The translations under genes were made by a program, and so were the position numbers. The notes beneath the pieces were generated by a model. The model was given only the letters and a program-made list of their open reading frames with translations. It made no database searches and was not told where the DNA came from. Below are positions 23,950-36,547 of a stretch of 64,000 nucleotides of DNA, piece by piece (position 1 is the stretch's first letter; every line of letters starts with the position of its first letter). This DNA is from Callorhinchus milii (taxonomy: Eukaryota), in the NCBI RefSeq assembly GCF_018977255.1, contig NW_024704742.1, positions 128,528,001 through 128,592,000 on the forward strand, in the 5' to 3' direction.

Positions 23950-24275
23950 TCATACCCTTTCATCTCTGGGACCTAGGTTCAAATCCTCCTTCAGATTGAT
24001 GGGTTGAAAGTCTCCTATGTCTGTTGGCTGTAAGGCTCCTATGAAAAATGAGCTTGGACCCTCTCAATCCAATTTCTGGTGGGTCTGAATCCACAGCATA
24101 AAACTAACTCTGATTCAGCGCTAATGTGGCCAACTCCCTCAGGGAAGCTGCAGGACAGCTGGTGTGAGAAATGAGAAACGTCATGCACCAATGTGTCAAG
24201 GGGAGATATTCTAAAACTAGAGCTGAGGCACAGTGTTGGGGTATGAGGAGCTGTCCTCTTTATCTAACTATGCTG
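23950..24275 (+). mobile_element. LF-SINE-like ancient SINE relic
   Basis: Colinear blocks resembling the LF-SINE consensus as I recall it: CCTTTCATCTCTGGGACCTAGGTTCAAATCC, CCTATGAAAAATGAG, CTCAATCCAATTTCTGGTGG, TCCACAGCATAAAAC, GCTGAGGCAC. Confidence 0.6.
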
Positions 24276-24317
24276 AATATTTCATGGCTGGCTAGGACTC
24301 AATGATCACATTATGAT

Positions 24318-24422
24318 CACAAAATACACAGTCAATTTACTTTACAGTATGTTCTGTGAAACGCTTTGAAACGTCTCAAAGATGTGATAGGGCGCTATAT
24401 TAAATGCAAGTATTATTATCAT
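24318..24422 (+). mobile_element. SINE 3' fragment
   Basis: CACAAAATACACAGTCAATTTACTTTACAGTAT plus tail. Confidence 0.8.
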
Positions 24423-25727
24423 CACATTTCAAAACTAGGAAAATAATCACAGAAGAAGTTTAAGCTTTTGTCCATGCACTCACTATTGGTAAAATAGTAT
24501 CACAGAAACAAGAGTGGGCAATTCAAGTCATTGATCCATTTTATTAGATCAGAGAATATATTTTAATTCCATTTCCCCATCTTTTCTCCTTATACCTGAA
24601 TACTTTAACTTCCTGTCTATTTGTCTACCTTTCAAACATCCCACTTGACTCACCATCTATGGAATCCACATTCTCACAATGCTTAGTGTGAATAGAGGGG
24701 ATTGAGGAAGAAATCCTTTGCAGAAACATTGGGCATTTTATTCCTTGCATTTCACTCATCCATTAAAATAAACAAAAATAGAGAATTGCTGTTTGTGTAA
24801 GTTACAATGTACTATAGTACAATAACGACTTGCATCCTCCAGATTGCTAAACATCATTGAGAGTGTATCTATTACTTGGGTGAGGTGCATCTCAGTTGCC
24901 ATTGCAAACCTGGAGGTTGCTGAAGAATCCCTCATTACCATTGGTAAGGAGATAAGACAGCATTCTAGAAACAGGATGCAATCAATACTCCACTGCCAAT
25001 ATGTTAGTGTCAGTGTGCGCTGATAAGGAGTACAGGAATACCCCTAAAGATCCCTGCAATTTAGAAGCCAGTAGGCAATTATTGATAACACATCGATCAA
25101 CAATATTACAACAAAAACATTGACTTTTCAATTGAAATTGTAAATTACTTGAATGACAGGAATGCATTATTGAGCATTCGAATACAGACAGCATGAACAC
25201 ACGGGGCTACAGGTATTTTATTTATTGCACATAAATAATCGATAGTCCTGCCCCAAAGGACTCTCACTCTCCTAGTTCACCATGCCAGGGCATACTCCAA
25301 TACCACATGGAGCACTTTCAAATAGCATGCAGCGATAAAGCCATTGAGAGAGAGAAATAAATGTTATATTTTCTGTTCCAATATCCCGGAGAACTGTGCG
25401 CATATTTCCGAGCACACACACAGAGCTCCACTAATCAGCACTGAAAGCGGCAGTTTTCCTGTTATTAAGGAACCAGCAGTCAATCGGCTCCTTAATGACA
25501 TTGGAAAGCTTAAACATGATTTGGTGGACCACAATTCAGTGAAAATCTTGTGGAGTCAATTTCCAGCTTGGAGGCTGAATACATTTGCACTGCCTGCAGT
25601 TTTCCTGCTAATAGTAAGAATCACTCTCCTGGCAAAAACAACCTACTCATGCATTTGCCTTTGGCAAAATAGGATTTCTCTATGCTCTGTTTTAGCATTG
25701 ATTTTCATGTTGAATCAATGTAAAAGT

Positions 25728-26015
25728 ATAATAATAATCCTTGTATTTGATATAGCACTTTTCACATCTTCACAGAATATACTGTAAAGTGAATTGATTG
25801 TATATGTATGGGCAAAACGCGGCAGCCAATTGCGCACGGAAGTGTCCCACAAACAATCAAGGATTGAAGTGACCAATTTATTATTGTTTTTTTTGAGGGA
25901 TTATTATCAGGTGTGTGAAGTAAGGAAATTTGCTCATAGTTTTGCCCTGCCGGGAATCAAAACCAGGTCTCTCACTTGCAAGGCGAGTGTTCTAAGCACT
26001 GAGCTACAAGACTCC
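25728..26015 (-). mobile_element. tRNA-derived SINE, short-type, with an internal tail deletion
   Basis: CACTGAGCTACAAGACTCC head (reverse complement) and shared body. Confidence 0.88.
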
Positions 26016-26130
26016 TAAAGCTACAAGACTGAGCTATAAGACATGGTCATATGTTTTCCATGGACTCTAAACCAGTTGAGCCACAGAGAAGGGAATTTCT
26101 ATGAGGTTGACACCTCGGACTGTATTTTCA

Positions 26131-26490
26131 GCCTGGCTGACTTAGTAGCACTCTGGCCTCTGAGTCACGAGGTTGTGGGTTCAAGTCCCACTATGAATTT
26201 TAAACTCATATAGTCCAGGCTGAACACCAAAGCAGTGCTCGGTGTGCGCTGTATGGTCAGAGGGGTCATCTTTCAGATCAGATATTAGACTGAAGTGCAG
26301 TCTGCCTGTTCAGGTGGATGTTAAAGATCCCATATAACTATTCAAACAGAGAAGGGAATTTCACCCAGTGTCATCACCGAAAACCCCCCAAATAATATTG
26401 GCCGTTCACTTCATGGCTGTTTGTGGCATATTACCGCGTATAAAGTGACTGCTGCATTTGCTTACAAATACACAGTTACTACACTTTAAA
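26131..26490 (+). mobile_element. SacSINE1-like DeuSINE with tRNA(Gln)-like head
   Basis: TAGCACTCTGGCCTCTGAGTCACGAGGTTGTGGGTTCAAGTCCCAC; GTCTGCCTGTTCAGGTGGATGTTAAAGATCCCAT. Confidence 0.85.
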
Positions 26491-26813
26491 GTGGAATCCT
26501 ATCAGTGAGCCAGCTGGTTTCTCTGTCATCAGCAGTGCCCTTGAGTACTAGGGATGTATCTGGATGCCAAGATCGCCACAGAAGGTTGACACGAGTCCGA
26601 TATTTTGTTGCCAAGCACACCACCAGCTCCAAGGAGACCCCGCTTACCTCCCCCATCCCCAGGAGGAAGATGGTCATTTGCCACTTTACAAGTCTTCAGA
26701 TTTGATTCCTCATTAAGTGGATGGCAGGTATCAGGAACTCCCTGTCAATTTCCTGGTGAGCAGCACGGGTCAGCATGAAATTCTACCATCTTCCTGCCAT
26801 AGCTCAGACACAC

Positions 26814-27113
26814 ATAATGATAATAATAATAATAATCATAATAATAATAATCCTTGCATTTGATATATCGCTTTTCACATCTTCTAGATGTCTCAAAGCA
26901 CTTCCCAGAATATACTGTAAAGTGCATTGACTGTATATTTGTGGGCGAAACGCGGCAGCCAATTGCGCACAGCAGTATCCCACAAACAGTCGTGGATTGA
27001 GTGACCAAATCATTATTGGTTGTTTTTGAAGGATTATTATGAGGCGTTTGGAGTAAGAAAACTTGCCAAGATTTCGCCCTGCCGAGATTCGAACCCAGGT
27101 CTCTCGCTTACAA
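26814..27113 (-). mobile_element. tRNA-derived SINE, short-type, 5'-truncated
   Basis: Shared body and tail; ends in the anticodon arm. Confidence 0.88.
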
Positions 27114-28166
27114 GGAATCACACATTACATCCCAACCCAATGAGCTCCAAATCCTTACAGTGGCTACCGGCCCAAGCTTCAGAGTTTCCTCATCAACTAT
27201 TCAATAAACATCTGCCTTCAACACGGTGGGAAGATCTTTATAGGACAGCTTATGACATGCTGGCCTTATTAATCTTCTAGAGATCCAAGTACAATACCGT
27301 GTACCAGACTTGCTTTATGTCAACTTCAGGTCCTCATGTGAGGGGCCTTGTCAAAGAGAGGTATGCATATGCTAATATGTGCTATAAAGCTGATTGAAGT
27401 CAGGATCTCCTGATCTGAAGAAACAGTGGCGATTATTGAATCAATTATAGCAATTACAGAAGAGGGTCAGGAAGTAGAAATACATTGGAAAGAGAGTAGC
27501 AGATCATTACAAGAAGGAAGAGGAAATATCAGTTCACTCAAACAGAGCTGAAATAATTGATAATTGACAGTAATGTTAGTATGTAAATTACACCAGTGAG
27601 TCATTGATTTACAACACACAAATTCATCAAACCTGTTCATTATGTTCAATTATTATTTTATTTAATGAAGTCAATAAATGAAGGATTTTTATTGAAATCA
27701 GTCGGTAGTGTAAATAGTCATTAAAACCAATGCAACATATTAATTTTCTCAAATATCAGCTTGGCATCAACTCAATTAGTTGAAACCCTCTGTGTCTGGA
27801 TTACTCAAGTAACTCATTAATGTACTTCATGATTACATTCAGTTATATTAAAAATGCACTCATTTCCTCTCTTCTTCTAAAGGCATTAATCCAGTGCTGA
27901 GGTATGGTGAGCAACAACTGCTCATCAACTTTAGATGCCTCGATGATAGCTCCAACAAGAACATATGCTCTGGACATCAGCTGAGCAATTGATATTTCCA
28001 ACAAAGTGATTATATCTAATTAAATGCCACATTTTTCACACCATAACAACTTTTTGCGTGTACCTTTCTTTTTTATTAAATATCTTTTAAAATGTAACCC
28101 AATTTATACTGTTGTGTCTTGTGGATTCAAACCCAGTTTAAAGTAGTTGAGTTTACAGTTGATATC

Positions 28167-28372
28167 AATAATCCCTCCAAAATAAAACAATAATAAATTG
28201 GTCATTTTCAATCCACGACTGTTTGTGGGACACTGCTGTGTGCAATTGGCTGCTGCGTTTCGCCCACAAATATACGGTCAATTCACTTTACAGTATATTC
28301 TGTGAAGCGCTTTGAGATGTCGAGACAACGTGAAAAGCGCTATAGCAAAATGCAAGGATTATTATTATTATG
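28167..28372 (+). mobile_element. SINE 3' two-thirds
   Basis: AATAATCCCTCCAAAA through to (ATT)n. Confidence 0.88.
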
Positions 28373-28379
28373 ATATAAG

Positions 28380-28760
28380 TTGGGGTAACTATAAAATTAC
28401 AGGAGGTAGCAAAGATCTTACAAAGGAAGCTTGATAAGGTATGCAATATAGTAGAGGCTGATAGTTGGCAAATGAAATTCAATGGAAATAAATGCAAGGT
28501 ACTGCATATAGGAAGTATGATTATGGATGAGATAAAACTTGCCAAGGGGTTAGCTGAAAGGGAAGGACCTAGGGGTGTTAGTTGACACCACTCACTATGT
28601 CAAAATAGTGTGAGGCAGCAATAACAAGGCAAACAAGATATTGAACTAAATTGCCAAATCAGTTGAGTTCAGATACACAGAAGCCATTCTCAGCTTGCAC
28701 AATGCTCTGCTCAGGCTGTACCTGGGGTAATGGTACAGTTCTGGTCACTGCGACATAAGG
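28380..28760 (+). mobile_element. Old CR1 RT fragment
   Basis: TGGCAAATGAAATTCAAT...AAATGCAAGGTACTGCAT (WQMKFN..KCKVLH); GACCTAGGGGTG (DLGV). Confidence 0.75.
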
Positions 28761-29244
28761 GAGCTGGGGTGCTTCTGCGTGTGGACTATATTTTGCTGTT
28801 GGCGGTTCTCACCTGGGGACCGTATTTGCTGCACTAACCATCTTGAACACTTATCATCCAGTGGGACACACCTCCTAGTGCAGAATCATGTCTCTCAAGG
28901 ACAGCTGGCTCCTAATGCAGGTCAAACTTAAGGCATACAATCTTTCTTTATGGATCTGAGCTCCTGGAGATGCAGCGAGGGGCTTCCTCTGGCCCATTTA
29001 CAATTGGATTTTGGCAAACATGGGAAGCGGCTGCAGGAAGGGAGTGCTCCAGCCCACACTGACCTGTTGTTGAGTACCCTGGATGCAGAGGCGGCTTCAT
29101 AACAGTGGTGACGTAAGCGGTCAGTGGATTTGGACCCGAAATAACTAAGCTCACAGAGGTTGGCATGAGTTGCAAATGTTTTAATGGCAGTGTCAATTAC
29201 AGAAAGATATAATTAGCAATAAAGAGAACAGAAGTACTGGAACA

Positions 29245-29593
29245 GAGTCCTGCAGCACAATGGTTAGCGTGCTCGCCTCGATGGGAACCGGGTTCTATTC
29301 CTAGGCGGAGCAAGTTTCCTTAATCCACTCACCTCTATTTACCTGGCAGTAAATAGGAATATGGTTGTTAGTTGATTGACGGATTACCTTCTGACGGTAA
29401 TAATTCCTGCAAACAAAATCAATCAATCCACGACTGTTTGTGAGACTGCAGTGTACAACTGACTGTTGTGTTTCACCCACAAAATACACAGTCAATTCAC
29501 TTCACAATATATTCTGTGAAGTGCTTTATGACACCTCAACTATGTGATAAGGCACTATATCATAGGCAAGGATTATTATTATTAATATTATTA
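29245..29593 (+). mobile_element. Diverged tRNA-derived SINE, long subfamily
   Basis: GAGTCCTGCAGCAC head, CTCTATTTACCTGGCAGTAAATAGG module, tail. Confidence 0.8.
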
Positions 29594-30184
29594 CAGGACG
29601 TTCTTCCTTTCTTCTTAGTCTTCATTCATTTTACATTATTCTTTAAGTGGTCCCTTATTTTCTTCTTCCCAGGTCTGTTCTGAAGAGCAACAGCTACAGC
29701 AGTTATGTTTATACCCATTTGTTTACTTGGCGTTTCCTTCAGCTCTAGCTGCCACACCATCTGGTTTATCTCACAGATACCACTTTCTCATGTTTACTTT
29801 TTCATCTTACATAAAAATCTCATTAAAACATTCCTTCTATACATGACCACATCCTGACCCAGTCAGTAAAAACAGGGACTTAGATATGCAAATGCAGCTT
29901 TGCATGAGTAAAAGTAGTGACATGAGATAAGGAGGCTCAGCTTTCTCCAATTATGACTCCAAGGCCACTCCATTATAACACACCAACACTGTTTGTCTGT
30001 TCTATTTCTTACTCAAGACATGGGCCATCCGATGATAAATCTTTTCTCCTCATTAATGAACAAAGCCAAGCAAAGAAAGGATAACATGCATTTATCAGAT
30101 CTAACATGTACACAAAGTTATCAATACAATCTCAATTGAAGGTATAACAGTACCAGTCACTGCATAAAAAAAGACACTATTTTG

Positions 30185-30555
30185 TTAAGACGTCTCAAAG
30201 CGCTTCACAGTATATCCTGTAAAGTGACTGTGTATTTTGTGGGTGAAACCCGGCAGCCAGTTGTGCACAGCAATGTCCCACAAACAGCCATGGAGAGATT
30301 GACCAATATTATTTGGAGGATTGTTGGACAGGACGCCGAGAGAAACTCCTTTCTCTTTTGTGCCATGGGATCTTTAATATCCAACTCAACAGGTAGATGG
30401 GACCTCGGTTTAATGTCTCAACCGAAGAATAGCACCTCCAACAATGCAACACCCCCAGTACTGCATTGCCATGTCAGTTTAGACTATGTCATTCCAAGTC
30501 CCGACACAGGGCTTGTACCCACAACCTTGTGACTCAGAGACAAGAGTGCTACCTT
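30185..30555 (-). mobile_element. Nearly complete DeuSINE
   Basis: Head ACCCACAACCTTGTGACTCAGAGACAAGAGTGCTAC (reverse complement); TGCCATGGGATCTTTAA core; 3' body shared with the young SINE. Confidence 0.85.
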
Positions 30556-31229
30556 TGCGCCAGGAATATAATGGAAACATGAGATCAAATGTATCTTCTT
30601 AATCCGAACCTTTCTTGTAATCTTACAAATCTCTTTCATGGTAGCTACAACTTGCATAAATTGATTAAAAAAGATAGAAATCTTAAGTAAAGCAAAGATT
30701 AGAAGCTTCCTCCAACCCCCAACCATCAAGTGGTGGATATGTGTAATTCATTCCCAAAGAAAAAAAACTTAATGTTATGTTGATTATCTTTTAAGGAAGA
30801 ATCGAATAAATATCTGGTTGTAACAGGATTGAAGATTAATGATTCTACGCTGTGCAGAACTACACTGTTGGGACTACAGAGGTGTCATCTGTGAGACACA
30901 AGTGGCCAGAGTTGAGTACTGTAAGATTAGATTGATATCACAAGGTCTTGTTTAATCACTGTGGAAGGTCAGGGAGGAATTTCATAGAGTTTTATCTTCC
31001 TGGAGGATTTACATGTTGTTGATCACTTTCCTCAGGAGAGTTAGTAGCTCAGATAGATTTGACGATAGTTGGGTTGAGAATGGTCTGTGGAGCTAACGTC
31101 CTTGAAAAGTAAAATGGTCTTTTCCCATTCGGTATTTTCTTTTTGGTTCTCGTATTTGCTGTGCATTATGTTCATGTTGCATCCTCTCTGGAGTGCTTCA
31201 TGGTGAAGTGTTCTGTTTCACAACACCGA

Positions 31230-31500
31230 CACTACTCACCCCATTCACACCTTCATCTCACTCTGCTCCATTGGTTCTCCATCCTACACTGGATCAAATT
31301 CAAGATCCGCATCCTTATGTCCAGACCACTCCACCCTACCTCTGCAGCCTCTTGCAACCATACTGTCCCAGCCACTCCCTCTGCTTAACACTGGGCTACT
31401 TCATATCCCCCATCACCCACCATTGGATAAAATTATCCATCGGATAAAACTTAACCACCTCTTTGATTGTGCTTTCGATCATCTTCATCCCCCCTCCTCT
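31230..31500 (+). mobile_element. Old L2 3' fragment
   Basis: LLHWFSI..WIKFKI remnant. Confidence 0.6.
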
Positions 31501-32676
31501 TCATCAACCACCCTGCCCCCTTGATTGGGTGTACAGTGATAATGTGTGGCTTGATACGAAAAACTGTTAGAGGTCAATAAAAGTGACACATGCAGCACTG
31601 AATGGAATTTATACCTCCCTGGATGGTCTTTTCACAAAACAAAAAACTCATTTTGTTTCATCCTTCTTGGTGACATGATAAGGTGCTATATCAAATGCAA
31701 GAATTATTATTATTATTATTACTATTATATTAATACACATGCACAATATTTTGTATAAGACTTGATCATAAAATTAATACTGTAGGTTTTTAGTTGTACA
31801 TTATTGGGATATAATACATGTAAGAAATCGAAGGAAACTTTGGGTCTTTAATTCCCAAACCAATGGCTGGTGAGTCATTAGTAATGTTCATTAGTTTCCA
31901 GTCATGAGGACCAAATGATCTTTAACCACAGGATTGTTAATCAACAAATGCAGGAGATTTTTTTCTATTGAAGACTTTCTTTCGATTTCCTGAATACACA
32001 TTAAACATCACTGATTCATCTTCATGGCAAAAGAAATGAGCGTTCGCTCTTTTTATTGCACTACTGTATAACTCACACTTTCAATCAAATAGCTTGAGCA
32101 TTTCTAATTATCACTCCAGCCATTTTTACTGCTCAACTGTTTTTCTCATTCCTTTCACAGATTGGAACGTATAAAATATCACTAGTGTAATGATGGACCT
32201 TATTATGCAGTATCGTTAAACATAGGTAAACTGAAAATATCTGAGGGGGTTGGATTCAGCAATGAATAGCTAAGATCCACGCAATAGCACGTTCAACGTT
32301 TTGTGTGCCCGGAAAATTCACTGTTATAAGTTTCAGCAGTTATTCATTTGGCATTACAAAATGTATCACACTTTACAACAATTTTAGGCATTTGTTTAAA
32401 TTATTGGCTAATGCAACCAAGACATACTATTTCTCTAAACCTTGAGATAAATGCCTTAAACTGTAAGGCAATGTGGAAATTTCAGAATATTCTTAAATTC
32501 AGTCTTAAATTGGAAGCCGATTTTCTGCAGTTCTGGTGGTAAAGATTGCTTCTTCTGCTATAGTCAACCGTTATAGATCTGAGATCAAGGATTCAATACC
32601 AATCAGTCCGGATTCTCCTCGACGGGCTTCCATATACACACAGATTCACAATGTTCACAAGATCACAAAAGAGGGT

Positions 32677-33030
32677 CAGGTGTTTGCATAGTCGAGCCTA
32701 GAGGTGATGAAGGCATGAACAAGAGTTTCAGCGGCCTGAGGGGTGAGGTAGTGGCGGAGTCGGGTGATGTTACGCAGCATAGAACATAGAAGAAGGAATT
32801 TTGGTCCCTTTGATCGCTTCTTTGAAGGATTACAACCCTACCATCTTCCCATTACAGCAAATTTATCCATTGTCCTGGCTTCAACAACCTACTTGTTCAC
32901 ATTAATCTCTGTTATTCTATGTTCTATGCTGCGTAACATCACCCGACTCCGCCACTACCTCACCCCTCAGGCCGCTGAAACTCTTGTTCATACCTTCATC
33001 ACCTCTAGGCTCGACTATGTAAACGCCCTG
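32677..33030. repeat. ~115-bp inverted repeat (32677-32791 / 32915-33030) with a 123-bp spacer
   Basis: Arms are reverse complements with about 3 substitutions and 1 indel. Confidence 0.92.
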
Positions 33031-33890
33031 CTTGTCGGCCTTCCCAACTCCTCCCTCCACAGGCTGCAGATAATCCATAATAATAATACTTGCATTTGAT
33101 ATAGCGCTTTTCACGTCGGGAGGATGTCACAAAGCGCTTCACAGAACACACTGTAAAGTGAATTGACTGTATATTTGTGGGCGAACGCGGCAGCCAATTG
33201 CACACAGCAATGTCCCACAAACAGTCGTAGATTGAAAATAACCAATTTATTATTGTTTTTGGTTTTGGAGGGATTATTATTAGGCGTGTGGAGTAAGGAA
33301 ACTTGCCCAAGGTTTCGCCCTGCCTGGAATTGAACTCAGGTCTCTTGCTTGCAAAGCGAGTGCTCTAACCACTGAGCTACAGGACTCCAGAATGGTGAAG
33401 CCCATGTCCTCTCCCACACCAAACCCAGTGACCCCATCGCCTGACTCCATTGGCTCCCTATTCTTCAGAGGATCCAGTTCAAGATCCTGGTCCTCATATA
33501 CAAACCCCTCCACGGCCTCGCCCCACCCTACCTCTGCAACCTCCAAACCCCCTACCAACCTAGCCGTTCCCTCCACTCAGCCGGCTCTGGCCTGCTCCAC
33601 GTCCCCTGACCTACCCGCCCACCATTGGTGGGAGAGCCTTCAGCCACTCTTCCCCCAAACTCTGGAATTCCATCCCCCAATCTCTCTACCTCACTCCCTC
33701 CTTAGCCTCCTTCAAGTCCTGCCTCAAGACCCTCCTCTTCGACCATGCCATTGGCCACCCCCTTCCCCTTCCCTCCGTTCTCCCACATTGACCCCAGCTC
33801 GGGTCTGAAATGCTGTACTCAGAACCATACCTTGGGACGTCCTCCCGATGTAAAAGGCGCTGTACAAATATAATCTTCTTGTTGTTGTTT
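32928..33890 (+). mobile_element. L2 3' fragment split by a SINE
   Basis: LRNITRLRHYLTPQAAETLVH.FITSRLDY.NALL.GLP; resumes at ~33389; type A tail at ~33830-33890. Confidence 0.9.
33078..33389 (-). mobile_element. Full-length young SINE, short subfamily
   Basis: Near-identical to the 49611 copy; TCCA at both junctions. Confidence 0.95.
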
Positions 33891-35274
33891 TAAGAAACTG
33901 AAGTAAAAAGCACCATATCAAATGCAAGGATTATCATCATAATCATTGTTAATTTCAAGGAAATATATTGATCTACGAATTGAATGTGGACATATATGTC
34001 AATGTCATACAAATATATTATTATGTAGGAAAATATAGTAACGGGGAAATCTCTCCTGCTGTGTTGGGAGTAGGATAGGTGAGTGTTCTGGAAGGATGAG
34101 ATCAGAAGGGTCAAAGGGCCTTTTTCATCCAAAATAATCTTGTGATTCTTATGAAGTCTTACAGGAATGGCTTAAAAATTGGCTTTATATGTAGGATTGT
34201 GCACATTGGCAGCTGGGATGTGCAAAAGGTCACCTGTACTATTATACCAATAAATCATACAGAACCTGTTATATTGGCTCATCAGTGAAATCTGTCTGCT
34301 CCTTCTGTGCTGTAAATTTCCTATGGTTCTATGTCAGACCCCATATTAGTGATCGATTATTACATTTGAATGATAAACTCCACCAAGTGTCTTTTCATGT
34401 TATCGCAATTAAGAGCTAATGCAGCAAGATAATGAATTCTGTTTGAAACCGCCTCAAATTAGACATTGCTAAATAGAGAGCATTAACAAGCCCTTTGCAA
34501 GATCAATTGTCATTCCTGGAAACACAGGGTGAACAGATTAAATAACATTTTCAGGCAGGCACATCTTACTGATAATGTTCAAAGCATTAACATTTCAATG
34601 CCCCCATTAATTTAATTCTAAACTGAATGAAACCAATAGTGTAAATCAGTGTCAAGCATTGTGAAGCATCCAAACACAAGTCAAACTCGTCTTTCTTCCC
34701 TCATTTTCTTTATTTCCTTCCTTTCTCTTTATTTTCTCTATTTTCTCCATTGAGATTAGCCCCTTCGATATGCCTGTTATCCCCATCGATAAGTGTTTAT
34801 ATTACTTCGCTATTGCAAAGATTTTTTTTTATTTGGGAAAAGGAAAATGCTCCCCATCTCTGAATATTTTGTCAAATCTACAGTATATCTAAAGTTTCTG
34901 GGAGAGACACAAATAAAAATATCAGTAAACTGAGATAGCCAGAGTCTTGAGCTATGAGGCCAATATCCAGTGACTATTGGGTAATAACAATTTTATTAAG
35001 CTATATATGTTTCTTGCCATTACATGATTGCATTCAAATTGCCTTATCAATCTTTTGTCATGCTTCAGTCATGCTATAGGTTTTCATTTTCTATTAAAAA
35101 GTGCATTTTTTCATCGTTACACTGAGAAATTTCCTACATCTTGTCGCATTTACATGGGCTTCCAGCAAACAAACCATGGAGTTTCACAGTATGTCAATCG
35201 TGCCTTCTTAAAACAGTCAAAAAGTTCAAAACCATTTTAGTCACAGGATATTATCCTACAGAAGGGTGTTACAT

Positions 35275-35445
35275 GGAGCCCGGTAGCTCAGTGGTTAGAG
35301 CACTCGCCTGTGCAATTGGCTGCCCCGTTTCGCCTACAAAACATACAGTCACAACATTAACTTTACAGTATAATCTGTCGAGTGCATAAGATGTCTCGAA
35401 GACATGATAAGATGCTATACCAAATGCAAATATTATTGTCATTAT
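35275..35445 (+). mobile_element. Internally deleted SINE
   Basis: tRNA head joined directly to the TGTGCAATTGGCTGCC body. Confidence 0.85.
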
Positions 35446-35934
35446 AAATTATTGGTACTGGTAATCCTTGATTGATGGCTCCCAATTTCACGTTTTTGTT
35501 TTTCTGAGGTCTCAACATGCCCTTGTATTTCTGTACTCAGGTAAGTTCAGCCAATACTTTAAAACCAAGCATTATTCATCTTTCAACACAAAGTTATTGC
35601 ATCTTTTCAGGTGTCTTCTTTGTGATATAAATATTAAGACTTCCTAACACTTTCAGCAGTGGTGCTGATGGCTGCGTCATTCCCCATGATAGCTCATTAC
35701 ATCCTGAGCAAATTTAATCAATCAACAGGCAGATGCTGGGAATTGCAAATGCAACCTATAATGGTAACTGTGTGTCTGTATAACTACCTTAGATTACTCA
35801 ATGCCACAGTGGTGATTGGCTGCTGTGAGCTTCCCTTGAAATCTTGTATTGATTTGCTGAGTCACATTTGCTTGGAAATATCGCCTGATCTGGACATTAA
35901 GATTCATCTCTCTTTATATGTTTCCATTGCTTTC

Positions 35935-36547
35935 TCTTTATCACCTCAAGGCTGGACTATGGGAACTCTCTCCTCGTCGGCCTTCCCGGCCCTCCCTCCA
36001 CAAGCTGCAGGTCATCCAGAACTCTGCAGCTCGTGTACTGTCCCGCACCAGGCTTCGGACCACATCACTCCCACCCTCGCTCGTCTCCACTGGCTCCCCA
36101 TCCCCCAGAGGATCGAATTCAAGATCCTCATCCTCACCTACAAGGCCATTCATGGCCTTGCTCCCTCCTACCTCTCCGATCTACTATCCCCCTACTTACC
36201 TGCTCGTATCCTCCGTTCCTCTGGCTCCGGTCTGCTCCATATCCCCCGCCCTAACCGCCCTACCATCGGTGACCGGGCCTTCAGCCTCTCAGCCCCGAGG
36301 CTCTGAAACTCCATCCCCCAGTGCCTTCGCCGCTTCCTCCCTTTGCTCCTTCAAGGCCGGTCTCAAGACCTTTCTCTTCGACCATGCCTTCAGCTCCCAT
36401 CTCGACTCTCTACCCCCTCCTCGCTCCCTCCCTTCCCTCCCCATGACCATTTCCCCCCTGCTCGGGTCCCGACCCAACTGTCCAGCGCCTTGGGAAGTCC
36501 TCCCGACGTGAAAGGCACTCTATAAATGAAATCTTGTTGTTGTTGTT
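35935..36547 (+). mobile_element. L2 3' fragment (type A)
   Basis: DHITPTLARLHWLPIPQRIEFKILILTYKAIHGLAPSYLSDLL; type A tail with (TTG)n. Confidence 0.93.

Noticed and set aside
28950..29082. Possible hAT end GTTGAGTACCCTG
   Set aside because: No matching left TIR or TSD found
32140..32231. Strong acceptor TTTTCTCATTCCTTTCACAG with a possible donor 65 nt later
   Set aside because: Stops in all three frames; could only be a non-coding exon, which is unsupported without RNA data
35659..36306. 215-aa ORF as a host or domesticated gene
   Set aside because: The C-terminal half is L2 ORF2; the N-terminal half looks like chance read-through
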